From an uncultured Gemmatimonadales bacterium (GTDB lineage Bacteria > Gemmatimonadota > Gemmatimonadetes > Gemmatimonadales > GWC2-71-9): a stretch of DNA of 64,000 nucleotides. The position numbers and the translations under genes were made by a program. How positions within the stretch are numbered: position 1 is the first letter of the stretch; each line of letters opens with the position of its first letter. Of this stretch, positions 45,754 to 53,903 are shown one piece after another. The notes beneath the pieces were generated by a model that was not told where the DNA came from, ran no database searches, and saw only the letters and a program-made list of their open reading frames with translations. Where the stretch lies: NCBI GenBank assembly GCA_963771275.1, contig CAVYSW010000005.1, positions 96,001 through 160,000 of the forward strand. The letters are read 5' to 3'.

Positions 45754-46419
45754 ATGCGGTGTGTCGGAGGCGTGTGGTGGGGGAGCGTGCTCGGGGCGGT
45801 CGCCGTGGGGGCCCAGGCGCCGATGCGTGAGGCGTCAGCCCAGGACCCGGGCGCGACGCCGGGGTTCGAGCAGCTCCTCAAGACGCCCGACGGCGGATAC
45901 TCCAAGGCTGGGTGGAACCACTACGGTCCGGGCTACTTCGATCTCGATCCGCAGACCGGGATGCTGACGTCGCACGGCGGCATGGGTCTGTTCTGGTACG
46001 CGGTCCGAGAGTACGCCGACTTCGTGCTCGAGCTGGATTTCAGGTGCACGGACGGGGCGACCAACTCCGGCGTGTTCCTGCGGGTGCCCGGTGTGCCGTC
46101 GAGCGACGACTACATCTATCACAGCTTCGAGATCCAGATCGACGACGCGAGCGCAGGGATTCACCACACCGGTGCGGTGTACGACGCGGAGGCGCCAAGC
46201 GCGCTCGCGTCGAAGCCGCCGGGCGAGTGGAATCACTACGCGATCACCTTTCGGGGCGGCCACGTCACCGTCGAGCTCAACGGCACGAAGGTGATCGACT
46301 GGGAAGCCGAGCCGCGGGGCAAGGTGCGGGACTGGGCACGGCGGGGCTACATCGGGCTCCAGAACCACGACAACCAGAGCCCCGTGTCCTTCCGCAACAT
46401 CTTCGTCAAGCAGCTCTAG
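45754..46419 (+). CDS. DUF1080 / 3-keto-disaccharide hydrolase family protein, secreted
   Basis: DFVLELDF, NSGVFLR, FEIQI, TGAVYD, GEWN and GYIGLQNH...FRNI motifs; signal peptide. Confidence 0.92.
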   Translation: MRCVGGVWWGSVLGAVAVGAQAPMREASAQDPGATPGFEQLLKTPDGGYSKAGWNHYGPGYFDLDPQTGMLTSHGGMGLFWYAVREYADFVLELDFRCTDGATNSGVFLRVPGVPSSDDYIYHSFEIQIDDASAGIHHTGAVYDAEAPSALASKPPGEWNHYAITFRGGHVTVELNGTKVIDWEAEPRGKVRDWARRGYIGLQNHDNQSPVSFRNIFVKQL

Positions 46420-47083
46420 CCGGCGTGGTGGATCGGGTGGGCGCCGGCACGAGGCGCCCGCTCCACCACCACGCGAGCCCCGCGAGCACCACCCCGCAGC
46501 CGACGTCCGCCACGTAATGCTGCTTGACGAACACGGTCGAGACCGAGATGCCCACGAGGAGCGCCAGCAGCAAGTGCGGCCGTCGCAGGGCGGGACGACA
46601 CGCGAAATAGAACAGCCAGGCGGTCGCCACATGAAGGCTCGGGAAGTGGTTGTACGACGGGTCGTGGTACTCGAGCCAGAGCAGGAACGTCGCGACCGAG
46701 CGGATCTCGAGCCGCGGCCGCTCAAGGTACACCGGGAAGGCGAGGTACGTGGCGTACGCCGCCGCGAGCGTGACGCCGATCGCCACGAGCAGCCGCGCGA
46801 ACGCGCGCGCGTCGGGCAGCCGGAACAGCGCCACGAGCGGCACGAAGTAGGCGAGCACGTAGAGGAACTCGAACTCGGGCACGAACGGGATTGCCTGCTC
46901 GCGGGGCAGCCAGAGCGCGTGCGCGGGCCGGCCAATGCTGAGCGCGTTGACGGCGCTGTACGTGACGGCGAAGATCGCGTAGGTCACGAGCAGCACCACG
47001 ACGAGGCGGCGCCGTTGGAGGCGCCCCTCGGGGGCGACCCACCGGGAGAGGCCGGCGAGCGTGGTGGGGCGAGGCTGAGGCAT
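46406..47083 (-). CDS. PAP2 superfamily membrane protein, inositol-phosphorylceramide-synthase (AUR1)-like
   Basis: IPFVP, D..YNHFPSLHVA and STVFVKQHYVAD motifs; about 6 TM segments. Confidence 0.85.
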   Translation of the reverse strand: MPQPRPTTLAGLSRWVAPEGRLQRRRLVVVLLVTYAIFAVTYSAVNALSIGRPAHALWLPREQAIPFVPEFEFLYVLAYFVPLVALFRLPDARAFARLLVAIGVTLAAAYATYLAFPVYLERPRLEIRSVATFLLWLEYHDPSYNHFPSLHVATAWLFYFACRPALRRPHLLLALLVGISVSTVFVKQHYVADVGCGVVLAGLAWWWSGRLVPAPTRSTTPARAA

Positions 47084-47130
47084 CGCGCTGCAAACTGCGC
47101 CGCGGGCCACCCGGAGACAACGGGGGTGTG

Positions 47131-47922
47131 ATGACGCCCTTCCGCCTGGAGAAGTGGTACCTCGACGTCGTGGGCGACGACGGGACGCTGCTGATCGTCA
47201 CGCTCGGGGAGCTCCGGCTCGGGGGGCTGCGACGCGCACGCCTGGCGGCGGAGCTGCATCGCCCGGATGGGACCACGGTCCGGGACACGCTGTCGCTGGC
47301 CCATTTCCGACGCACCAGCGGCGGCTGCACTTTCGCGGCGGGTGGGCTGGAGCCGGACGGGCTCGCGTGGCGCGCGCCTGGTCTGTCCGGGTCGGTCCGC
47401 CTGGTGCCCAGATTCCCGGCCTTCACGCCCGCCGATCCGCTGCTCGCGACCCGCCGCCGGTCGCTCCGCTGGACGGTCGAGATCCCCGACGCCGATGCGG
47501 CGGTCGACCTGACTTGGCCCACGGGCCGGCTCGCGCTGGGCGGCCGTGCCTACTGCGATCGCGTGCTGCTGGACGCGATGCCCTGGCGGCTTGGGCTGCG
47601 CCGGCTCGCCTGGGGCCACGCGGTATTCCCGACCGGGGCCACCTGGTGGCTCGAGCTCGTGACGCGCCGCCACACCATTGCCGCCACGTGGCGTGACGGC
47701 GTGCTCTCCGCCGGCTGCGCCCCGCCGGCGCTGGAGCCGGCGCGCACCCTGGGGGATTACCGCGTAGTGGATCTCCCCGTCTTGCGGATCCCGCCGCTCG
47801 GCACGGTGGTCCGGTGGCTGGCGGGCGATCCGCACCAGCAGCGCTGGCTCGCCCGGGCAGTCGGCGCGGAGCGCGGCTGGTCGGTTCACGAGCTGGTACG
47901 CTGGCGCGCGGGCGACGCTTGA
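47131..47922 (+). CDS. Hypothetical protein, possible CrtC/tocopherol-cyclase-like beta fold
   Basis: KWYLDVV N-terminal motif and G.AYCDRV...PW...WG motif; Trp-rich beta pattern. The fold call is tentative. Confidence 0.6.
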   Translation: MTPFRLEKWYLDVVGDDGTLLIVTLGELRLGGLRRARLAAELHRPDGTTVRDTLSLAHFRRTSGGCTFAAGGLEPDGLAWRAPGLSGSVRLVPRFPAFTPADPLLATRRRSLRWTVEIPDADAAVDLTWPTGRLALGGRAYCDRVLLDAMPWRLGLRRLAWGHAVFPTGATWWLELVTRRHTIAATWRDGVLSAGCAPPALEPARTLGDYRVVDLPVLRIPPLGTVVRWLAGDPHQQRWLARAVGAERGWSVHELVRWRAGDA

Positions 47923-47972
47923 CGGGCGCTTGACACCCGGCCCGTACGCTCCCCGCGACTCAAGGAGGCTTC

Positions 47973-49355
47973 ATGCGCGAGATGCCGGACCCGGGGGCCT
48001 GGGGCCTCGAGCGCCGCGAGGGCCGTCTCCGGCTCGACGGGTGCGATCTCCCGGCGCTCGCCGCCGAGCATGGCACGCCGCTCCACGTCGTGTCGGCGCG
48101 GACGCTGCGCGAGCGCGTGGCCGCGTTCCGCGCGGCGTTCGCTGCCTACCCCGGGCCGGTGCGGGTCTGTTTCTCCTACAAGACCAATCGGCTGCTTGGG
48201 GTGCTGCGGGTGCTGCACGACGCCGGCTGCGGTGCCGAGGTCGTGGATGAGCTGGAGCTCCGACTTGCCCGCGCGCTCGGGGTGCCGCCCGCCGACACCG
48301 TGCTCAACGGACCGTGCAAGACCGACGACGAGCTGGCGCTGGCCGTCGCGTCGGGCACCGGCCTGGTGGTGGTGGACGGCCTGGGGGAGATCGCCCGGTT
48401 GGCGCGTCGGGCGGAGGTGGCGGGGGTCCGCGTGCCGGTCGCGCTGCGCGTCTGTCCCGGCGTGCGCCCGCGCGGCATGAACGTCTCGTCGGCCACCGGG
48501 GCGCGGCGGGCGCAGTTCGGGTTCGATCGGCGGTCGGGGGAGCTGCGGGACGCGATCCGCGCCGCGCTCGCCGAGCCCGCGCTGGAGCTGCGCGGCGTGA
48601 TGGCCCACATCGGCTCGGGGATCCGTGACCTCCGTGCCGTCGCGCGGGGCATCGAGCGGCTGCTCGACGTGCAGCAGGCGATCGCCGCGGCCGGCGCCCG
48701 GGCGGACGTGCTCGACGTGGGTGGCGGCCTCGGCGCCCGGCTGTCACGCGAGCTCACGACGTTCGAGATGCTGCGCTATTTCGCCGTCGGGCGGCTGCCG
48801 GCGCGGTGGCGCCCGGGTCCGGCCGATCTGGTGCGGCGCTACGCGACCACGGTGATCGCGACCGTCGCAGCCGGGTGCGCCCACCGCGGACTCGCGATTC
48901 CCGCGCTCGTGCTCGAGCCGGGCCGGACCCTGGTGAGCGACGCGCAGGTCCTGCTGCTGCGCGTGGGCGCGGTCCGGGAGCGCCCCGGGATCGGTCGGTT
49001 CGCGCTCACCGACGGCGGGGCGATGACCGTCTCGATGATGTTCCTCTCAGAGCAGCACGCCCTGCTGCTCGCCAACCGCGACGCGCCGGTCGCCGGCCGG
49101 ACCAACGTGTTCGGGCGCCTGCCCAGCCCGATGGACGTGGTGTACCGCGGCGCCGCGCTGCCGCGACTCGAAGTGGGCGACCTGCTCGCCGTCATGGATG
49201 CGGGCGCGTACTTCACCGCCACGGAGACCTGCTTTGGCGGCGCGCGGCCGGCGGTGGTGCTGGTCGACGACGGCGCGCCGCGCCTGATTCGCCGGCGCGA
49301 GTCCCTCGCCGACCGAGTGGCGCTCGAGGTGGACGGCGATGCGATCCCGCAGTAG
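47973..49355 (+). CDS. Fold-type III PLP-dependent decarboxylase (diaminopimelate/ornithine decarboxylase family), atypical
   Basis: AAGGAGG RBS; GTPL, FSYKTN (PLP Lys), NGP.K, HIGS, DVGGG, EPGR and GAY motifs; usual GP.CE..D replaced by GRLPSPMD. Confidence 0.88.
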   Translation: MREMPDPGAWGLERREGRLRLDGCDLPALAAEHGTPLHVVSARTLRERVAAFRAAFAAYPGPVRVCFSYKTNRLLGVLRVLHDAGCGAEVVDELELRLARALGVPPADTVLNGPCKTDDELALAVASGTGLVVVDGLGEIARLARRAEVAGVRVPVALRVCPGVRPRGMNVSSATGARRAQFGFDRRSGELRDAIRAALAEPALELRGVMAHIGSGIRDLRAVARGIERLLDVQQAIAAAGARADVLDVGGGLGARLSRELTTFEMLRYFAVGRLPARWRPGPADLVRRYATTVIATVAAGCAHRGLAIPALVLEPGRTLVSDAQVLLLRVGAVRERPGIGRFALTDGGAMTVSMMFLSEQHALLLANRDAPVAGRTNVFGRLPSPMDVVYRGAALPRLEVGDLLAVMDAGAYFTATETCFGGARPAVVLVDDGAPRLIRRRESLADRVALEVDGDAIPQ

Positions 49356-50916
49356 CGAAGCCCGCCGGCGGGCCCTCGTAGTCACCGCCTACGTGCTCGT
49401 GTTCTGGGTGGCGCTCCCGGTGCTGCTGTGGATGGCGGGGCGCGCGATCGACCGGCTTGCCGGCTGGTTGCCGGCTCCATGGGCCGGTGGTTGGGTAGTA
49501 GGCGCGGCGGGGCTGGCGTACATGGCTTGGGCCATCGCCGCGCTGTGGCGCCATGGCGGCGGGGTCCCGGTGAGCGCGCTGCCGCCGCCTCGGCTGACGC
49601 GTCGCGGACCGTATGCCCGCGCGCGCCATCCGATCTACCTCGGCGCTACCCTGGTGGTGTTCGGCGCCGGCCTCGCGCTTGGCTCGCGCGGCCTCGCCTG
49701 GGTCGTGGCGCCGCTGTTCGTCCCGCTGTGGATCGGCTACGCGCTGCTGGAGGAGCGGGGCCTCGTACGCCGCTTCGGCGGGGAGTACCGGCGCTACCGG
49801 CGGGAGGTGGGCCTGTGCCCGCGGCCCGGGCTCTACCGCCTGAGCCAGGCGGTGCAGGTCTGCCGGGTGCTGGACGTGCGGATCGAGGGACGCGAGCATC
49901 TGCCGCGCCGCGGTCCGGTCGTCCTCGTGTACAATCACGCCTGCTATCTCGACGCGGGGTTCGCGGGGACGGCCACCGGGCGTCCGGTCCACCACCTGAC
50001 GACGGCGGAGGTGTATCGACGCGGCACAATGCGCTGGCTCGTGAGCCACTTCGTCAACGTGCCCGTCCGGCGCTACCGGCCCGATCCCACCGCCATGCGC
50101 GCGGTGCTGCGGCTGCTGGACGAGGGCGCCGTGGTGGGCATCGCGGTCGAGGGCGAGCGGTCGCTGCTGGGTGACTACCAGGGAGCGCTGCCCGACGTGG
50201 CCGGCATCGTGGCGCGGCTCGGCGTTGCGGTCGTTCCGGTCGGTCTGAGCGGTAACTACGATGCCGGACCACGCTGGGCCGATGTCGTGCGGCGGCGCCC
50301 CGTGCGGGTGCGGGTGGGCCCGCCCATCGCCTTTGGCGGTGATCCGGCCGCCGTGATCGACGACGCGCTGCGCCGGTTGCTGGATGCGGATCCGCAGCCC
50401 CTACGACTCACCGGTCTGCCGATGGCCAAGCTGGGCCGCGTGCTGTGGCGCTGTCCGCGCTGCGGCGACGTGGGGCGCTGGCGCGCGGCCGCGCTCGGCT
50501 GCGACGGGTGCGGCGCGCGCTTCACGGGCACCGCCGAGGGCTGGCTGAGGGACGAACGAGGTGCGCGCACGACCATCGCCGCACTCGGCACGAGCGTCGC
50601 CGCGTTTCCCGAGGAGGACCGGCTCGCCGTCGTGGGCTCGGTGTGGCGCGAGGGTTCGATGTACGGGCCCATCAAGCCCCTCCTCCCCGTGGCGCGCGGG
50701 CAGGTCGCGGTGACACCCGATGCGATCGCGTTCGACGGCGGGCAGGTGCCGCTGCGCGTGGTGCGGCGTGTGTCGACGGAGCGGGCGGACACGCTGCAGA
50801 TCGCCACGCTTGCCGCCATGTGGCAGGTGCGCGTGGCCGAGGGCTCGGCCTTTCGGCTGGCGCGGGCGGTGCGGCGGTGGTGCGGGACCCGCCTCCCGGC
50901 CGGGAGCGTCGCGTGA
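49339..50916 (+). CDS. Fusion protein: ICMT/PEMT-type membrane methyltransferase, PlsC-type acyltransferase, CxxC/CxxC module and C-terminal domain
   Basis: GPYARARHPIYLG and EERGLVRRFGGEY (ICMT/PEMT); NHACYLD and EGERS (acyltransferase); CPRC...CDGC. Confidence 0.85.
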   Translation: MRSRSSEARRRALVVTAYVLVFWVALPVLLWMAGRAIDRLAGWLPAPWAGGWVVGAAGLAYMAWAIAALWRHGGGVPVSALPPPRLTRRGPYARARHPIYLGATLVVFGAGLALGSRGLAWVVAPLFVPLWIGYALLEERGLVRRFGGEYRRYRREVGLCPRPGLYRLSQAVQVCRVLDVRIEGREHLPRRGPVVLVYNHACYLDAGFAGTATGRPVHHLTTAEVYRRGTMRWLVSHFVNVPVRRYRPDPTAMRAVLRLLDEGAVVGIAVEGERSLLGDYQGALPDVAGIVARLGVAVVPVGLSGNYDAGPRWADVVRRRPVRVRVGPPIAFGGDPAAVIDDALRRLLDADPQPLRLTGLPMAKLGRVLWRCPRCGDVGRWRAAALGCDGCGARFTGTAEGWLRDERGARTTIAALGTSVAAFPEEDRLAVVGSVWREGSMYGPIKPLLPVARGQVAVTPDAIAFDGGQVPLRVVRRVSTERADTLQIATLAAMWQVRVAEGSAFRLARAVRRWCGTRLPAGSVA

Positions 50917-51163
50917 CGAACGACTCCCTGCTCGACGTGCGCACGTCGCCCGGTGGTTCGGGCGCCTGGGCTCCTGCCAGCTCCGTCCCGCGCATCGCGG
51001 CGGTGGAGTGATCTCCGGCACGACGGCGGCCTGGGCGGCCAGCACCCGCCCGCCCCCGCGGTCGAGATGGTCGTGAGCAGGGAGCCACAGAGCCGGGCTG
51101 GCCGGCGTCTACCCAAGCCAGCGCATCGCCCCCGACCGGAGGAGCGCCCGGAGCCGTGCCGGC

Positions 51164-51192
51164 TTGACCGCACGGGGCCCTCGCTTCACTAT
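51164..51192 (+). promoter_or_regulatory. Candidate sigma-70 promoter of the OmpA-family gene
   Basis: TTGACC-N17-CACTAT, 45 nt upstream of the ATG. Confidence 0.45.
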
Positions 51193-51236
51193 GGGGGTGG
51201 AAGAAGGCAAGCTCACCGGGAAGCAAGGGGGTCCAC

Positions 51237-52682
51237 ATGTGGAAGCGCGGTATGCTGCCCGTCTCGGCGGCGCTCGCGATCCTGTGCCTGTCACAGCCAG
51301 CGGCGGCCCAGAAACTGGGCTCGATCGAGATCGGCGCGTTCGGCCGGTATACCATCTTCGACAACGGGATCAACCTCAAGAACGCCATCGGGGGAGGCGG
51401 TCAGCTCGGCTTCTACCTCATGCCGCGGCTCTCGCTGGAGTTCTCGGGGGCGTACGTCCCCACGAAGGACAAGGCAACCGAGGCGGTGAACGTCAAGCAC
51501 ATCCCCGCGTTTGCCCGATTGCTGGTCAACGTCCCGGTGGGCGAGAAGTTCTCGATCCTCGTGGGAGGCGGGTACCTGCGCTCCTTCTACATGTATGGCG
51601 TCCCCGACAGCACCCAGCACCATGGCGCGCACGGCCTGCTCGGGTTCCGCGCCTGGCTCACGGACGCCGTGAGCGTGCGGGCCGAGGGGATCCTGCAGTA
51701 CACGCCCACGCAGTATCACGTCGACCCGGCGCAGAAGACCTACGCCGTCCAGCTCGGCGTGAGCTACGTGATGGGCCGGGCCGGCAAGGACACCGACGCC
51801 GACGGCGTGCCGGACAACAAGGATGCATGCGCCGCGACGCCGGCGGGCGTGCGGGTCGATGCGGCGGGCTGCCCGCTGGATACCGACAAGGACCACGTTG
51901 CGGACTACCAGGATCGCTGCCCCAATACGCCGGCCGGGGCCCAGGTAGACGGTAGCGGCTGCCCGACGGATGCGGACAAGGACGGTGTGTTCGATGGGCT
52001 CGACAAGTGCCCCAATACCCCCGTGGGAGCGCAGGTCGATGCGTCGGGCTGCCCGACCGACGCCGACAAGGACGGCGTGTTCGACGGCCTCGACAAGTGC
52101 GCCAACACGCCGGCCGGCACTCCGGTGGGCGCGACCGGCTGCCCGCGCGACTCCGACGCCGACGGCGTGAACGACGCGCTGGACAAGTGCCCCAACACGC
52201 CGGCCGGGGCGCAGGTGGATGGCACCGGCTGCCCGACGGACGCGGACAAGGACGGTGTGTTCGACGGTCTCGACAAGTGCCCCAACACGCCGGCCGGCCG
52301 GCAGGTGGATGCGAACGGCTGCCCGGTGCTGTTCGAGGAGAACAAGCCGCTCATTCTGCAGGGCGTCACGTTCGCGACCGGCAAGGCCGACCTGACCGGG
52401 AACTCGCGCACGGTGCTGGATCTGGTGGCCCAGTCGCTGATCGGCTGGCCCGATCTCAAGGTGGAAGTCGCCGGATTCACCGACAACACCGGCTCGGCGG
52501 CCGTGAACTCGCGGCTGTCGCAGGCCCGGGCGGAGGCGGTGCGCGCGTACCTGATCTCCAAGGGTGTGCCGGCCGCTCGGCTCACGGCCAAGGGCTACGG
52601 GCCCGCGCAGCCGATTGCCCCGAACACCACGCCGGCAGGGCGGGAGAAGAACCGTCGGGTGGAGCTGCGCAAGACCAGCTGA
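51237..52682 (+). CDS. OmpA family outer-membrane protein with thrombospondin type 3 repeats
   Basis: Signal peptide, beta-barrel N-terminus, six DxDxDG..D..D.CP repeats, C-terminal GFTDNTG...LSQARAEAV...NRRVE. Confidence 0.94.
   Translation: MWKRGMLPVSAALAILCLSQPAAAQKLGSIEIGAFGRYTIFDNGINLKNAIGGGGQLGFYLMPRLSLEFSGAYVPTKDKATEAVNVKHIPAFARLLVNVPVGEKFSILVGGGYLRSFYMYGVPDSTQHHGAHGLLGFRAWLTDAVSVRAEGILQYTPTQYHVDPAQKTYAVQLGVSYVMGRAGKDTDADGVPDNKDACAATPAGVRVDAAGCPLDTDKDHVADYQDRCPNTPAGAQVDGSGCPTDADKDGVFDGLDKCPNTPVGAQVDASGCPTDADKDGVFDGLDKCANTPAGTPVGATGCPRDSDADGVNDALDKCPNTPAGAQVDGTGCPTDADKDGVFDGLDKCPNTPAGRQVDANGCPVLFEENKPLILQGVTFATGKADLTGNSRTVLDLVAQSLIGWPDLKVEVAGFTDNTGSAAVNSRLSQARAEAVRAYLISKGVPAARLTAKGYGPAQPIAPNTTPAGREKNRRVELRKTS
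51789..52328 (+). repeat. Six intragenic 90-bp (30-aa) TSP3-type repeats
   Basis: Units like DADKDGVFDGLDKCPNTPAGAQVD..GCPT. Confidence 0.88.
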
Positions 52683-52701
52683 CCTGAACGGCGGGGATCG
52701 C

Positions 52702-52739
52702 AGGCCGGTGGGGACGCCGCAAGGTGTCTTCACCGGCCT
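52702..52739. terminator. 17-bp hairpin with GCAA tetraloop between convergent genes
   Basis: AGGCCGGTGGGGACGCC-gcaa-GGTGTCTTCACCGGCCT, with G-U pairs on the + transcript. Confidence 0.6.
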
Positions 52740-52756
52740 TCGCCTGCCCGGGCCGA

Positions 52757-53284
52757 TCACACCTCCGCGAAGTCGAGCAGGAGGGGCGGATGACCCTCGG
52801 CTTCGAGGAAGCGGATCAGATCGGCGGCGGCGATCGCCGTGGTCATGGTGTTGTCGAGCGGGTGGAGGTTCACCGGGTCGCGCGTGAGCACCGCCTGATC
52901 AAGTACCACGCGGACGGTACGCGCGCGATCGTTGATGACGGCGAAGGGACTTACGGCTCCGGGTATCACCCCCAGGTGGCGCATCAGGCGCGCGGGGCTG
53001 CCGAAGGAGAGGCGCCGAGCACCCAGGCGCTCGGCGAGGCGCCGCAAGTCCACCGGCCGGTCCTCGAGACACACCACGAGCCACATGGCCTCCCTGGGGT
53101 CCCGCAGAAACAGGCTCTTGGTGTGGACACCGGGCAGGTCGCCCCGCAGGCGCCGGGCCTCGTCCACCGTGAACACCGGCGGGTGCGCCACCGTCCGCTC
53201 GGCGATGCCGAGCGCGCGCAGGCGCGCGAGCAGCTGCGTCGCGGTTGTGGGGGGATCGTCTGACGGTGGGCTCGGGTCGGTCAT
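52757..53284 (-). CDS. YbaK/ProX family aminoacyl-tRNA deacylase (PrdX/ProXp-ala-like)
   Basis: HPPVFTV, TKSLFL, LSFG, GVIPGAVSPF and HPLDN motifs. Confidence 0.92.
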   Translation of the reverse strand: MTDPSPPSDDPPTTATQLLARLRALGIAERTVAHPPVFTVDEARRLRGDLPGVHTKSLFLRDPREAMWLVVCLEDRPVDLRRLAERLGARRLSFGSPARLMRHLGVIPGAVSPFAVINDRARTVRVVLDQAVLTRDPVNLHPLDNTMTTAIAAADLIRFLEAEGHPPLLLDFAEV

Positions 53285-53430
53285 GGCGTGGCGCTCGGCG
53301 CTCGGGAACGCAAAGATCGTGGCGCGGGGCGGGCGCGACCAGGGGGCGGCTGCGCGGCGCGGTGGCGGCGCGCGCTCTCGCGCGCTTTCCAGGGCGCGCG
53401 TATCTTGCAGGCACTCGTCTCGGAGGTTTC

Positions 53431-53873
53431 ATGGGCTTGTTACGGACTCTCAGCGCCGCGGTCGCGGTGTCATCCGCCGCCCTCGCGCTCGGCGCCTGCG
53501 GCAGTAGCAGCGGGCCGAGCGGCACGGCGCAGGATTTCAGCGGCAGCTATACGCTGGTGTCGTTCGCGCAGGGGACGCCGGCGGGCGTCATCGATGTCCC
53601 GGGCACGACGGGCACCGTGACGCTCACCGCGACTCACTACGACGTCTCGCTCTCGATACCGCTCCCTGGGGCCTTCCCCCGCTCGACCTCACCGACCAGG
53701 GCACCTATTCGGCGATCGGCACGGCGACCAGCGGTACGTTCACGCAGCAGTCCACGGTGGATCCGTCGTTGCAGTACACGGGTACCTACAGCGTCGATGC
53801 GGCCACCAACCAGCTCACCATGGACACGACCGCACAGGGCGTGCGGACGGTCATCGTCCTCCAGAAGACCTGA
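53431..53873 (+). pseudogene. Lipocalin-like lipoprotein interrupted by a single frameshift near 53668-53681
   Basis: GGAGG RBS, LGAC lipobox and FSGSYTLVS; a protein-like continuation (LDLTDQGTYS...VIVLQKT*) lies in the -1 frame after GGGGCCTTCCCCC. Confidence 0.7.
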
Positions 53874-53903
53874 CGTGTCACGTCGGGACGGGCTCTGGTG
53901 CTG

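Noticed and set aside
47930..47960. TTGACA upstream of the PLP decarboxylase as a sigma-70 promoter
   Set aside because: No -10-like hexamer at 16-18 nt spacing.
50913..51011. 32-codon GTG ORF coupled to the end of the fusion gene
   Set aside because: Too short and motif-free to support as a gene.
51789..52328. Regular 90-bp repeats as a possible CRISPR array
   Set aside because: They are in-frame TSP3 protein repeats with synonymous variation, no unique spacers and no cas genes.
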